In this document: positions 31,537 to 42,055 of the stretch, one piece after another
How positions within the stretch are numbered: the stretch's first letter is position 1
Layout of the letters: each line of letters starts with the position of its first letter
Assembly: GCA_000004985.1 (NCBI GenBank)
Contig: GG738889.1
Source: Naegleria gruberi
Taxonomy: Eukaryota
DNA: 64,000 nucleotides
Reading direction: 5' to 3' (one strand)
The notes under the pieces: generated by a model
What the model saw: the letters and a program-made list of their open reading frames with translations, nothing else
Database searches by the model: none
What the model was told of the DNA's origin: nothing
Position numbers and translations under genes: made by a program

Positions 31537-34095
31537 TTAGAGAAAGTTAAAGTTATTGTTATTCATGTACAGAATGGATTGTTTAACCTGACCAATTATA
31601 TCTGCATATTCATTCTTCATGAATTGTTCGCATTCCTTAATTGGACCAGTCAAAGAATAGGAGAGGTCTGAAGTACCTTTTGTTAGTCTCAAACTACTTG
31701 TTTTAGAAACCTTTTTCAAAAGAATGGGTAATCCCATTTCTCTTTCAGTCCCGTTAGTAAACGAGATCTGAACAGTCTTTTCTAAGTATTTCTTCATCTC
31801 GACATCAAAAGTTCTAAAGGCCTCTTCTACCTTTTCCATTCTAACTCCTCTAATATAAAACATTTTAGTTTGATCGCTATGATCAATATAAACACCGATT
31901 GGTAGTTTCATAGTGGTGATGTATCTTGTTAGGTTTTGAACTACATCAACAGGAAGTGAATCAGATGGGATCATCTTTTTGTAACCTCGGATAATTTCAA
32001 TAGTTTTTTGCTTTAAAACATTCTTTGTGTTTGTATCAAACTCATCTGAAATTATGGCAATATCTACATAAACCTTCTTCTTCTTGTCTATGTCTCGAGT
32101 GATTTGATATGCCATCCTACTATAGGAGTCGAGATAATTCTCTAATTCCTTCTTAGTTTCCCCAAATAATTCTGTACGTCCTGTAATGTCATGAATATGG
32201 ATAATTTCAATTCTATCTAACCACTTCTTCAACTCTTTAGAATCACTACTATCTTTCAATACAACCTTATTATCTCTTTCAGAGTAATCAGTTGGATTCA
32301 AAAGCTCTGGATGACATTTTCTAATAAGCTTAATCTTAATAGATGGTGAATCACCTCTCTTGGCAATCTTCTTTTCTAACTTGGCTTTAGCTTTTTCAGA
32401 TGGACAATGACAGTAGAGTGCAATCTCGTTCTCAATTTGGTTGTTATGCTTATCCTTTTGAGGTTTGATTTGGTACTTGTAATTATGTTTAAGGATAGTT
32501 TCGATAGATTCCTTTTCATGGAGTTTATAAACACCAATAAAACAGTAGATATGCTTAGATAATTTTTCCATATCATCTTCACTTAGGGATGCTACGTGAC
32601 AAACATTGGCAGAATCAAAGAAGCAAAGAGAGTTGTACTTAGATGCCTTCTTTTGAATCTCTCTTCTTCTTTCTTCCTTCATTTCACAATAACATTCTCT
32701 AAAGAAAACCTTTTTAAGAAGATCTCTCACTTGTTGTTCAACCTTTTCAAAAGTTACCTTCTTAAATTCAAGAATTAATCTATCACCTTGATTATCAAAA
32801 GTATAGGTTACTTTCAAATCTTTCATGATTGTATCCAAATCAGATGATAATAACTCTTGAAGAACAATTATTTCGATAGGTTTTAACAATAAAGGAGTAG
32901 TCTTCTTCTTTTCCTTCTTTTTAGATTTTTGTGGTTTGTTCTTATTTGATGTAGTTACACCACTACCATTTGCAGTTGAACTATTGTTACTACTGGTATC
33001 AGTAACAGTATTACTATTTGTATCATTAGCTGTTGCAGTTGGTGGAGGTTGAATAATATCTTGGTTATTTACTTCAAATCTAAATTGTGAAGTGTTACTA
33101 GAGTTTGGATCTTGGAATTGATTAAAGTTTTCACCAACAGATTGATGTAAACTTCCTTCAAAAGATGCCGTAGTAGATCGAGGTGTACTATAACTAGTAG
33201 TGCTGGTACTAGCAGCTGGATATTGGTTATCACTATTTACATAATATTGATAATTACTGTTGTTATAATGTAATGGAGGTTGAGAAACAGCAGTTTGATT
33301 ACCATTGTTGATAACATTAGTTAGATTATTTAGATTATAGCTATTATTTGGATAATTGAACGGTTGATATTGCCTCGATGGTTGATTTCCCAAAATTGGT
33401 CCCATATTTGTTGTTAGTGGTTGTTTGTTTTGATAGTCACCACCAAAACTGCTTCCAAACATAGGAGCGCTATTGTTCAAGAAAAAATTATTTCCAAAAT
33501 TATGATCTAGAGGTTGTTGTGGTGGTTGGTTAGAAACATTTTGATAATAATTATTTCCATATGACTGATTATCCGTATATTGATCGTTAAAGTCAATTTG
33601 ATAGCTCAATGATTGATCTAGTAAATGATCGTTATTCCTATATTTTTTAGTATTGTTGTTGTTATACGGTTGAAAACTAGAGTAGTGATAACCTGGTTGT
33701 TGGTTATTCATAGAACCGTTAGAAACCACACCATTACTACCATTGTGAAAGTTTGGAAACTGATTATTCATTGAATAGTAGTTAGATAGTGGTACGCTAG
33801 ATGTTTCGTTAAAGTTACCGTTTTGTTGTTTATCTATAGGTTTGTTGATGTTGTTAGTAACGCTAACGTTAGTATTATTCATAAAAGAATTTAACGGATT
33901 TTTGTTGTTGCTCAAACTCTTTAGAACGTTACTATGAATACCGGTAAAACCATTGTTGTTATTGTTAGTAATACCGTTTAAACTAGATGTATTGGTATTT
34001 ATAAACCCACTAGGTATATTAGTATTATTCATTATTTCGCTTTCTTTTTTAGAGGACAAAATTTGTTGTTGTGATGATAGTACAATATAGTACAA
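31537..34095 (-). CDS. Large protein with an N-terminal N/Q/S/Y-rich prion-like region (~400 aa) and a structured, Lys-rich C-terminal domain of unknown function.
   Basis: 852-aa intronless ORF. The first half is dominated by N, Q, S, Y and P (NNNNG, QPPQQP, YQ). The second half is non-repetitive with conserved-looking Cys/His spacing ('CYCEMKE', 'LYCHCPSEK'). Confidence 0.5.
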   Translation of the reverse strand: MYYIVLSSQQQILSSKKESEIMNNTNIPSGFINTNTSSLNGITNNNNNGFTGIHSNVLKSLSNNKNPLNSFMNNTNVSVTNNINKPIDKQQNGNFNETSSVPLSNYYSMNNQFPNFHNGSNGVVSNGSMNNQQPGYHYSSFQPYNNNNTKKYRNNDHLLDQSLSYQIDFNDQYTDNQSYGNNYYQNVSNQPPQQPLDHNFGNNFFLNNSAPMFGSSFGGDYQNKQPLTTNMGPILGNQPSRQYQPFNYPNNSYNLNNLTNVINNGNQTAVSQPPLHYNNSNYQYYVNSDNQYPAASTSTTSYSTPRSTTASFEGSLHQSVGENFNQFQDPNSSNTSQFRFEVNNQDIIQPPPTATANDTNSNTVTDTSSNNSSTANGSGVTTSNKNKPQKSKKKEKKKTTPLLLKPIEIIVLQELLSSDLDTIMKDLKVTYTFDNQGDRLILEFKKVTFEKVEQQVRDLLKKVFFRECYCEMKEERRREIQKKASKYNSLCFFDSANVCHVASLSEDDMEKLSKHIYCFIGVYKLHEKESIETILKHNYKYQIKPQKDKHNNQIENEIALYCHCPSEKAKAKLEKKIAKRGDSPSIKIKLIRKCHPELLNPTDYSERDNKVVLKDSSDSKELKKWLDRIEIIHIHDITGRTELFGETKKELENYLDSYSRMAYQITRDIDKKKKVYVDIAIISDEFDTNTKNVLKQKTIEIIRGYKKMIPSDSLPVDVVQNLTRYITTMKLPIGVYIDHSDQTKMFYIRGVRMEKVEEAFRTFDVEMKKYLEKTVQISFTNGTEREMGLPILLKKVSKTSSLRLTKGTSDLSYSLTGPIKECEQFMKNEYADIIGQVKQSILYMNNNNFNFL

Positions 34096-34630
34096 TATTC
34101 CTCTAGAGACTATAACACTACCCGAATAATAATATCAAGTATTAGACTATTATTACCAGTAGTGATGTTGTTGTTGTTGTTGAACAAACTCTGTAAAATA
34201 GATTTAATACAAAACCAAGCCAAAAACACGCGTAATTATTTTTCTCTTCAATACTTTATCAACCGCAGAGTTTTGAAAATTTTTTTCTTCAGGTTATTTT
34301 TAGTTGGTGGTCGTTAAGATTTTCTAAAGACCCAATCAGATTCTTGTGAGGTTCTTTTCTTTTGTTAAGGAAATTGGGTTGCAACGAGATTGTAAACTTT
34401 TTGTAAAGCTCAATTTCATTTTGTGCAAAGGGCTATTTAGATTTATCGAAAAAGAGTTCTTTCCTATCATTCCATCTTTTTTGTTGAGATACCCTTTTGA
34501 TCTGCTATCATCAGTAATCAAACCAAATAAAACCAACGGTTTTTTGGATCTGTGAGCTATGTTATCTTGTAAATCATCAATTTTTTATTAATGAAGCAAT
34601 ATTGCTTATTATGCATTTCCTACAACAAAC

Positions 34631-37600
34631 TTGCTTGTTCTTCATTGTTCCTCAGCTGAAGTCTTTTCCTCTAAAAAGAAGAAAAAAATGCTTTGTGCTA
34701 ACAACTCCACGGAAGTGGAGGAAACATCTGTGAAGAGAAAGCGAGAGGAGGATTTTGTTGGTCATAACAAGAATGAATCAGCGGAAGAACATTTATCGAC
34801 TACGTCATCATCATTCAATGAAGTTGTAGATGATCAGATTGAACCTCAAGTTAAAAAAATCAAGACTGAATTAGAGTTGAAGGCTGGACTTGTAGATGAA
34901 GATCTTTTTCCCAAGAGTGGTTCTAAATTATATACTGATGATGATGAGACTCGTATTGAAGATATTTGGCATGTTAAATATGTTAGAAAAATAATACTAG
35001 ATGTTCTAGATGCTGATTTGACTAATTGGCAGGATAGTGAAGGAAAACATTTGTTAGATGAATTGATTGAAAGAAGAGAGGAAATTGAGAGCATTTCATT
35101 GTTTTTAGCCGAGAGTATGATTAAAAAGGTTACGATTCATGATACAAAATATATTAAAGAGATGATTAGCAATTTAAACATTCCCGATATGGTAAAGACA
35201 TTAGAAGAAGAATTAACAGAGGATTATCCTCGTGGTTCTAACACATTGAAATATTGGCTCAAATACATATTACCTGAAATTGTTAAAAAACAAAATGAAC
35301 TCAATCTAATAGAATCAAATGAGGAAAGTGAAAAACTAAGTCCGGAGGAAGAGAAGGAGAAGGATGAAATACTGAACTCGATGCAATATGATGAAAAGGA
35401 AGAAGACGGTTATGCTTTCTTACTTGACTCTTGTAATCTTTCTGTACCAAGCGAAATCAAAACTATGATTGATAATGAAGAGGAAAAATGTGAAGAAATA
35501 GAGGAAACTAGTGATGATTATATTATTGACAACTTATTCAATGAATATATATTCAATAAGACACTCCCTGATGAAAGAGGAGAACATAGTTATAACATTA
35601 GCCCTTTCAAAGGTATTCTAACAGAGGATGCTGCTTCTCTTCAAGAAGATAATCCGTTCCTTTCTATTTTAGAGAAAACAATTAGAATGTCCACTAATAA
35701 TGAATACAAAGAAGAACATCAAGATTTACTGGTATCGCCAATGAGACTGGGACTTTCATTATTAATTTTGGATTGCTTAAATAGAGAGCTTTCTCTTGCC
35801 TTTAATAGACGTTATTATTTGTACTTTACTGGAAGGCCAATAGTAAGGGCTGTTCTTGATCATTTAATTGATTTTGATCCAAACAAAGTTTACTTCAAGC
35901 AACCACCGGGTTTGGTGGAGATGAATGGAAGAGTATTTTCAGAATCTCTCGAAAGCCGAATAACTGAGGAACATATCAGACAAGTGAAAAATGTGTTCGA
36001 TATTTCAAAACCAATATTTAATAATGATGATTATGGCTTTGAGATTGATGAAAGTGATACAGAAAGTGAATCCAGTGATGAAGTAATAGATGAAACTGAT
36101 GATGACTTCGAAAATAGTACTTTATTCTCTGAATATGGAGAGCATGCCAGAGATGACTTTAAGAAGCCTCGGTATGAAAACTTTCAATATGGTCCTTGTG
36201 GAGGTAATATCAACGTTAGATTTACTCGGTCAGAACATCCATTTTGGAGTTCTTTTCCTCTTTCTCAGAAAAACCTTGTAATGTTGAATAATTATCAACT
36301 GAACTCATATTGTCCTGTTCCTTTAACAATTGAATCATCCAGTGATTGGCTATATACTGAAGAAAAATTAGATGGGGAAGAGGAAATTCAAGTACCTCTT
36401 CACCAGCAAAAGATTGTTTCTCTATTCCCGAACGAACTTGATGAAGAAAATGGCAACATGACCATTCCAGCTGTCGACCATCTTATTCATGTTTTTAGTG
36501 ATGCAAGACATCAGCCTCCAACCCAAAACTCAATACACATTGATATCAATAGACTTTTCAGAAGGGCTGGTAACATGTCTTTCAGCAGCGGAGCTCTCGT
36601 AGAAGGTTTTCTTTCTTTGAAATCATTCATCTCAAGAATAATTGAAACATTGATGGTGATCAAGAGAGATGATTTGGTAACCAAGCTAGACATTGTAGAT
36701 GCACTAAATATTTGCAATTATACACATTATCCTGATTTGAAAATTTCACAGCCATCAGAGCAGAAGTATATTCCTATTGGAGAACTCAAATTCACTACAG
36801 AACCAATGGTTACCCCTGAAAATTTTGAAGATGTACAAGTTGAGGGACTTGAAGTTTTTTTAAGTAGAACGGACCCAAATGGAAATGAAATGAGTGAGGA
36901 CGAAACCATTACTATGAATGCAGATTACGATTACGTTGTGAATAACAGTACTTTTGCTGATCATATCACGCTTTTCCTCAATGATCCAAATCTTTACAAT
37001 GACAGCTTCATTGAGCTTAATGGGCATAGAGTGCACATATACACACCAATAATCAAACACCGATGTCCTAAAATGTATGAGGAACACTTTTCAACTCCTG
37101 AAAAGAGAAATCAAGGTTTTATACTTAACAATGAAAATGATTTCACTTTTGATATGGTATTCCATTGGATTGAAAGTTATTATTTGGGTTCATTCCAACC
37201 AATGAACGACAATAATAGAGATACAGAAAATTTTTATTTGTTACTTAGAAGTTATGAAATTAAGTATAACGCTGTTTATAAGGGAGATTATTCCTCAGAT
37301 GATCCAGAAGACTTAAAGGATGGAGAAGAATATGAATTGGACGGGCTAGATCCTTCGAATACATGTTTTACTCTTCATAGCTTGTACAACGATGAAGAAA
37401 CCAAGGATTTTCAATTATCATTTGTTGATCATACAACAATGGAAAAGAAGACAAGAAAAGTTCACAAATATATTTTAGCATGCCGTTCACCATTTTTCAG
37501 ACAAATTTTCGAAGGAAATTACACAGACAGAGTCACGGACAATTTTGATATTGGAGACATATTTAAGGATGAGAAATCTGTTGATGCATTTATTTATTAC

Positions 37601-38272
37601 CTTTATCATAACTTTATTGTTATTCCAACCCTTAATCCTAATGAGTTTGAACCAAGAAATATGGGATATTTCGACCTGAAAGACATTCTTTCAGAAAAAG
37701 ACACATCAACGAAACAAGATTCGGCTAATCTCTGCGCAGAAGAAAATGAAATTAACCTCTATCTTTCATTATTCATTTCATCTGACTATTTAATGGTTGA
37801 CGGTTTGAAAAACCTTTGTGAAAATGTTATTGGATCTCTTGTTGATGAAGAGAATTTTGCCCAATTATTAGAGTTTTCCAACGAGCAAAGTTCTGAAACT
37901 ATCTTTTCTTTTGTTGACAATTTCCTTCTTTCCTCATCATTGGTATTGGAAAATCCTCAAATTATTAATCAAGATATTTCCCTTTATTATACTTATCTTT
38001 CTGGACCTATTACTTTGGAAAATGTCGCTGAGAGAATTAGACTCACTCTAGAGTTGGTAGATAAGTCTGAGAGTCAACTTTACAGATTCCACAAGGAACG
38101 TCTTGAAGAATTCCATATCCCACAACTGGTATCATTTATCTTGAAGAATTATGATTTCTTTTCACAACAAGAGTACTTTTACCAACCATTCAACGAAATC
38201 AAATATTCTGAATATCAAAGCGTTTGGGAACATGTCTCTGCAAAATATTGGGAAATGAATCCACGTTATTAA
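34631..38272 (+). CDS. Tandem BTB/POZ-domain protein with an acidic N-terminal region.
   Basis: 1213-aa ORF. BTB cores 'RVHIYTPIIKHRCPKMYEEHF..FTFDMVFHWIESYYLG' and 'KVHKYILACRSPFFRQIFEGNYTD..SVDAFIYYLYHN'. The likely true start is the ATG at ~34688. Confidence 0.6.
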   Translation: MLVLHCSSAEVFSSKKKKKMLCANNSTEVEETSVKRKREEDFVGHNKNESAEEHLSTTSSSFNEVVDDQIEPQVKKIKTELELKAGLVDEDLFPKSGSKLYTDDDETRIEDIWHVKYVRKIILDVLDADLTNWQDSEGKHLLDELIERREEIESISLFLAESMIKKVTIHDTKYIKEMISNLNIPDMVKTLEEELTEDYPRGSNTLKYWLKYILPEIVKKQNELNLIESNEESEKLSPEEEKEKDEILNSMQYDEKEEDGYAFLLDSCNLSVPSEIKTMIDNEEEKCEEIEETSDDYIIDNLFNEYIFNKTLPDERGEHSYNISPFKGILTEDAASLQEDNPFLSILEKTIRMSTNNEYKEEHQDLLVSPMRLGLSLLILDCLNRELSLAFNRRYYLYFTGRPIVRAVLDHLIDFDPNKVYFKQPPGLVEMNGRVFSESLESRITEEHIRQVKNVFDISKPIFNNDDYGFEIDESDTESESSDEVIDETDDDFENSTLFSEYGEHARDDFKKPRYENFQYGPCGGNINVRFTRSEHPFWSSFPLSQKNLVMLNNYQLNSYCPVPLTIESSSDWLYTEEKLDGEEEIQVPLHQQKIVSLFPNELDEENGNMTIPAVDHLIHVFSDARHQPPTQNSIHIDINRLFRRAGNMSFSSGALVEGFLSLKSFISRIIETLMVIKRDDLVTKLDIVDALNICNYTHYPDLKISQPSEQKYIPIGELKFTTEPMVTPENFEDVQVEGLEVFLSRTDPNGNEMSEDETITMNADYDYVVNNSTFADHITLFLNDPNLYNDSFIELNGHRVHIYTPIIKHRCPKMYEEHFSTPEKRNQGFILNNENDFTFDMVFHWIESYYLGSFQPMNDNNRDTENFYLLLRSYEIKYNAVYKGDYSSDDPEDLKDGEEYELDGLDPSNTCFTLHSLYNDEETKDFQLSFVDHTTMEKKTRKVHKYILACRSPFFRQIFEGNYTDRVTDNFDIGDIFKDEKSVDAFIYYLYHNFIVIPTLNPNEFEPRNMGYFDLKDILSEKDTSTKQDSANLCAEENEINLYLSLFISSDYLMVDGLKNLCENVIGSLVDEENFAQLLEFSNEQSSETIFSFVDNFLLSSSLVLENPQIINQDISLYYTYLSGPITLENVAERIRLTLELVDKSESQLYRFHKERLEEFHIPQLVSFILKNYDFFSQQEYFYQPFNEIKYSEYQSVWEHVSAKYWEMNPRY

Positions 38273-38285
38273 TAAAAATAGTTTA

Positions 38286-40226
38286 TTACATTTCACAATG
38301 ATTAAGCAACAAGTTTGGTGTATTGAGATAATGTACTTCAGATCCATCCATAAAATCACATTTCCAAATTAGAAACTCTTTAAGATTTGGTGTATTCAAA
38401 AAGGCTCGAATGTGTAACCAAAACACTTCAAAAATATGGATGTATTCTATTGAATTGTGCCGTATCGAACTTATAGTGATAGAATTAATATGTTGGGATC
38501 TTCCAATCTCAAATATCTTGAGATTTGGCAGACTTGCTAACACTAAATCTTCAATTTTTGAGTTAGTCAACTTGAGCACAGTTACCGATCTGAATAGAGG
38601 TATTTCTTTCATCTTTGGAATAATGAGTTGATCCAAAAATATCGAAATATTGTTATTGATAGTTGAATCAAACTCTATTTCGTTTGAATAACCAGCAATT
38701 TCCACCAATTTCGTACAATTTTTAAATCCAACTCCTTTTTGACCTTTTAATTTCATCTTGGTTAGAAAATGTGAATTATTCCCTTCCAAATAATCAAAGT
38801 CTAAATCATTCAAATATGTATATTCACCATCATCATATTCACATATAATTTCATCGACTTTTGAAATCTTATTGTAAAGTAACTTCTTATTGATTTTTTC
38901 CTTGTAAAGAACGAGATTGTAATTTAATAATCGTATTTTCCCAACTTCCAACTTTATATCATTGATAATTACTTGTTCAAGGGAATGTATTTCCAAATAG
39001 TCGATTCTTCTAATTGTTGACTGCATTGAGCATGAGGAAAAAATGGTACACTTCTCAATGGTATCCGAAACTACACTTATAGATCTACTTCTAGAAATGA
39101 ATAGATATTTGATATTTCTTAATTGAATTAGAACGTTGAATTCTACGATGAGGGTTATATTTTTTAGACTTGGCCAATTATCCTCTATAATTGATAATTC
39201 GTCACATGTTATATTTCTTCCCTTAACATGAATATCGGTTATTAAATGACAGGGTAAGTTATAGAGAAATGAAAAATCTCCAGACTCCACATCTATAGAA
39301 AGTGATTTCAGTGAAGGTAGTTGTAAATTATTGGCTTTCAAATCTACAACTTTTTCAAGATTAAGTTCAGTAAGATTAGGAAAATTAATATCTGAAAGAT
39401 CTAGTGTTGGCTTTCTGATTGTAAGAGATTGTAACGTGTTACAACAAGTGCAATCCTTCAACTGTACTTGTACATTTGGAATGAATATATTAGATGCTGT
39501 TAAAATCAAGTCCAATTCCTCTTGGCTTTCAACATAACACTTATCCAAAACTCTATAAAAGAACACTTTTGGATTTAATCTTTTCGAATCCAATATTGGG
39601 AAATTTTGACCTGTTGTTAAATATTCCAAAGTTGGGAAATGATCCATTGCAAAATCTGAGAATTTAGCATTTGGTATTTCCAAATATTTCAAATGTGGAA
39701 ATGTTGAAGAATTATTCATAAACATATTCCCCTCTCCCAATACATAGAGCCCAGTGAGATTGGGGAAATCCCTCACAAGTCTCTCTTGAAGCCAACCAAA
39801 CTCCTCACCATCAAATCGAATACTATTATCAAATCGAATTTTCCTCACCAATTCTTGTGCAAAACCATCACCAACCAGAATATTTAGAAAATCCACAAAT
39901 TTCTCATAGCACTTTCTTGCAATTTTAATTTCACTTCCATCATTTACTATCAGATCCTTCGCACTACTGGGATTAATATAAGCTTTCCATTGAGAAATAA
40001 ACCTATTCGGTGAATTGATTCGATAAAAATCATGAGTAAAGTTAAAGGTAAAATTACTCCACAATATAAAATTCTGACCATGAAAGAGTGATCGGAATGT
40101 AGAGCAGGTATGAATGAGTGAAATGATGGTCCTGATAGATTCGTTCATCATTAGATAGGAGAAGATTTCGTTGAGTATTTCATCAGGTAGGGAATCGAGA
40201 GAAAACATTTTTTTGTAATATTGCAA
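38286..40226 (-). CDS. F-box / leucine-rich-repeat protein.
   Basis: N-terminal 'LPDEILNEIFSYLMMNESIRTIISLIHTCSTFRSLF' (F-box), followed by ~500 aa of LRR-like repeats ('LKYLEIPNA', 'LQSLTIRKP', 'LTELNLEKV'). Confidence 0.65.
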   Translation of the reverse strand: MQYYKKMFSLDSLPDEILNEIFSYLMMNESIRTIISLIHTCSTFRSLFHGQNFILWSNFTFNFTHDFYRINSPNRFISQWKAYINPSSAKDLIVNDGSEIKIARKCYEKFVDFLNILVGDGFAQELVRKIRFDNSIRFDGEEFGWLQERLVRDFPNLTGLYVLGEGNMFMNNSSTFPHLKYLEIPNAKFSDFAMDHFPTLEYLTTGQNFPILDSKRLNPKVFFYRVLDKCYVESQEELDLILTASNIFIPNVQVQLKDCTCCNTLQSLTIRKPTLDLSDINFPNLTELNLEKVVDLKANNLQLPSLKSLSIDVESGDFSFLYNLPCHLITDIHVKGRNITCDELSIIEDNWPSLKNITLIVEFNVLIQLRNIKYLFISRSRSISVVSDTIEKCTIFSSCSMQSTIRRIDYLEIHSLEQVIINDIKLEVGKIRLLNYNLVLYKEKINKKLLYNKISKVDEIICEYDDGEYTYLNDLDFDYLEGNNSHFLTKMKLKGQKGVGFKNCTKLVEIAGYSNEIEFDSTINNNISIFLDQLIIPKMKEIPLFRSVTVLKLTNSKIEDLVLASLPNLKIFEIGRSQHINSITISSIRHNSIEYIHIFEVFWLHIRAFLNTPNLKEFLIWKCDFMDGSEVHYLNTPNLLLNHCEM

Positions 40227-40513
40227 ATGTTTGACCGGTCAAGTGGTATTTGTGTAAATCTGTGTGAGTCATCTCTTTTTGGATATATTTAATGATGTGT
40301 ACTATAATAGTAGTATGTACATTAGTTTATTTACATGTTAGATTATCAAATACGTATGTTAGAATGAATTAAATCATTTGCTTGTAATACTTTTCCAAAT
40401 CCTTGAACGTTTCATTGATATCATCGGTTGACAAGGCTACAAGAAATATTTCATGGTTAGCACAATTATTAATTAGAATAATATATTCATTATCAAATTT
40501 ATCACCATCACCT

Positions 40514-40819
40514 TTATAATGACAAGGAGAGCGAAAACTTACCTTCCTGCATAGCCTTTTCCTTCTCCTCTTGTAATTGTTGTTTGAAAGTTCTCAACAC
40601 AGATGAATCTCTCTCATAGGTTTCATTCATCCACTTTTTCAAGGCTCCAATTTGTTGCTCACACATTTCCATTCTCTTGTACATTTTGGCATCTGATTGA
40701 AGGATGAGATTTGCATATTGATCGTCTTTCCGAGTGATTTCCATGTCTTGTTCAGCCATTAGCCTTGAATATTCTTGCCAGCTTTGAGAGAGTTCTTCTA
40801 GGTGGTGATGATTGACCAT
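40514..40819 (-). CDS. Small coiled-coil protein (unknown). A possible additional 3' exon lies downstream.
   Basis: 101-aa ORF with heptad-like 'LQSDAKMYKRMEMCEQQIGALKKWMNETYERD'. A gtaagt donor sits just before the stop; a 31-nt GT..AG segment would extend the frame by 47 aa ('GDGDKFDNEYIILINN..') to ~40375, but 31 nt is shorter than any confirmed intron here. Confidence 0.4.
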   Translation of the reverse strand: MVNHHHLEELSQSWQEYSRLMAEQDMEITRKDDQYANLILQSDAKMYKRMEMCEQQIGALKKWMNETYERDSSVLRTFKQQLQEEKEKAMQEGKFSLSLSL

Positions 40820-40893
40820 TTTTTTTTAGATTTTGATATTAAGGCTTTGAAATGCAAAATACAATATTGAACAACTGAAAAGCAAAATCAACT

Positions 40894-40966
40894 CTCCCCC
40901 TGGTGGGCTCGAACCACCGACCTGCAGATTAACAGTCTGACGCTCTACCGACTGAGCTAAGGGGGA
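40894..40966 (-). tRNA. tRNA-Asn (anticodon GUU).
   Basis: Minus-strand sequence TCCCCCTTAGCTCAGTCGGTAGAGCGTCAGACTGTTAATCTGCAGGTCGGTGGTTCGAGCCCACCAGGGGGAG folds into a cloverleaf. It has a 7-bp acceptor, a GCTC/GAGC D-stem, anticodon loop CUGUUAA, T-arm GGTGG-TTCGAGC-CCACC and discriminator G. A T-run lies shortly downstream. Confidence 0.85.
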
Positions 40967-41372
40967 TTACGTCATCTTTGTAAATTTAAAATTAATGAAG
41001 CTGATTACTCATTATTGAGTTAAAACCAGGAGATGCTTTTGTACCAGTATCCTTCCATCAAACAACTCTTATCTAAAATCTTCAATATAAATTTCTTCAG
41101 GTGTAAAATCTATCGGGCCAAACAGACATTATTGGGACTCGTGTTCATCATGCTCAAAATAACATCATAATAACGACAAGATGCTAAGTTTATTCAGAAC
41201 ACAAAACTTCATGGCAAGGTAATAATAATTTGTGTTAATTATTTTTTTAAAGACGTCAGCTTGTGTGGTTTTTAGCTGTGCTAGTCTGGTGACACAACTT
41301 TCATTGTAAAAAATCAAGTACCTACTCAACTACTCGCAGCGTTAAAAATTCTTTGAAAAAAAACATCGCAAA

Positions 41373-41672
41373 ATGTCTGACGCCCTCACATACGCTACTC
41401 TTTTGTTGGTTGATGCTCAAAAGGATATCACCTCATCAAACATCCTCGCTGTCACCAAGGCTGCTGGTTTGGATGTCAACAAGGCTTCCGCTGAAATTTT
41501 CGCCAAATATGCTACTCCAGCTATGATTGAAGGTTTGATCACCAAGTTGACTGCTGTCGGTGGTGGTGTTGCTTCATCTGCTCCAGTTGCTTCTGCCGCT
41601 GCTGTTGTTGAAGAAAAGAAGGAAGAACCAGAAGAAGAAGAAGAAGAAATGGGCTTCGGTGGTCTCTTCTAA
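41373..41672 (+). CDS. RPLP1: 60S acidic ribosomal stalk protein P1.
   Basis: 99 aa. 'ALTYATLLLVDAQ..ASAEIFAKYA..' is followed by an Ala/Gly-rich hinge and the stalk C-terminus 'EEKKEEPEEEEEEMGFGGLF'. Confidence 0.85.
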   Translation: MSDALTYATLLLVDAQKDITSSNILAVTKAAGLDVNKASAEIFAKYATPAMIEGLITKLTAVGGGVASSAPVASAAAVVEEKKEEPEEEEEEMGFGGLF

Positions 41673-41966
41673 ATCTACTCTATCCTAAAATAAAAAAAAA
41701 TATAAATATATAATTTATTCTTTTATTTGCTGATGAAGATGAATTATTTGATATAGTAAGCTTAGGAAGATTTGCATATTTCCTCTGACTTCAATAGAAC
41801 TTTGCAAGATCGTTATTGTTACCCTTGCCTTTTCCTACAAAATTCAAGCAAAAACTCAACGAAAGGTTTGCAGTCATAACAAAGCAATGTTGATTTCGAC
41901 TCGATTTTCTGGTTTATAATCATAATAGGTTTGTTATAATACCAATATTAAAATTCATCCACGTAA

Positions 41967-42055
41967 GGCGGCTTAGCACAGTGGTAGTGCATCAGTCTTG
42001 TAGGCAGAAATGCTGAGATAACTGAGGGTCGAGGGTTCAATTCCCTCAGTCGCCT
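41967..42055 (+). tRNA. Intron-containing tRNA, most likely tRNA-Thr (anticodon UGU), with a 17-nt intron after position 37.
   Basis: Acceptor GGCGGCT/AGTCGCC (one G-U pair), D-arm GCAC-AGTGGTA-GTGC, anticodon stem TCAGT..ACTGA enclosing CTTGTA[GGCAGAAATGCTGAGAT]A, and T-arm GAGGG-TTCAATT-CCCTC. A T5 Pol III terminator follows at 42055..42059. Confidence 0.7.
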
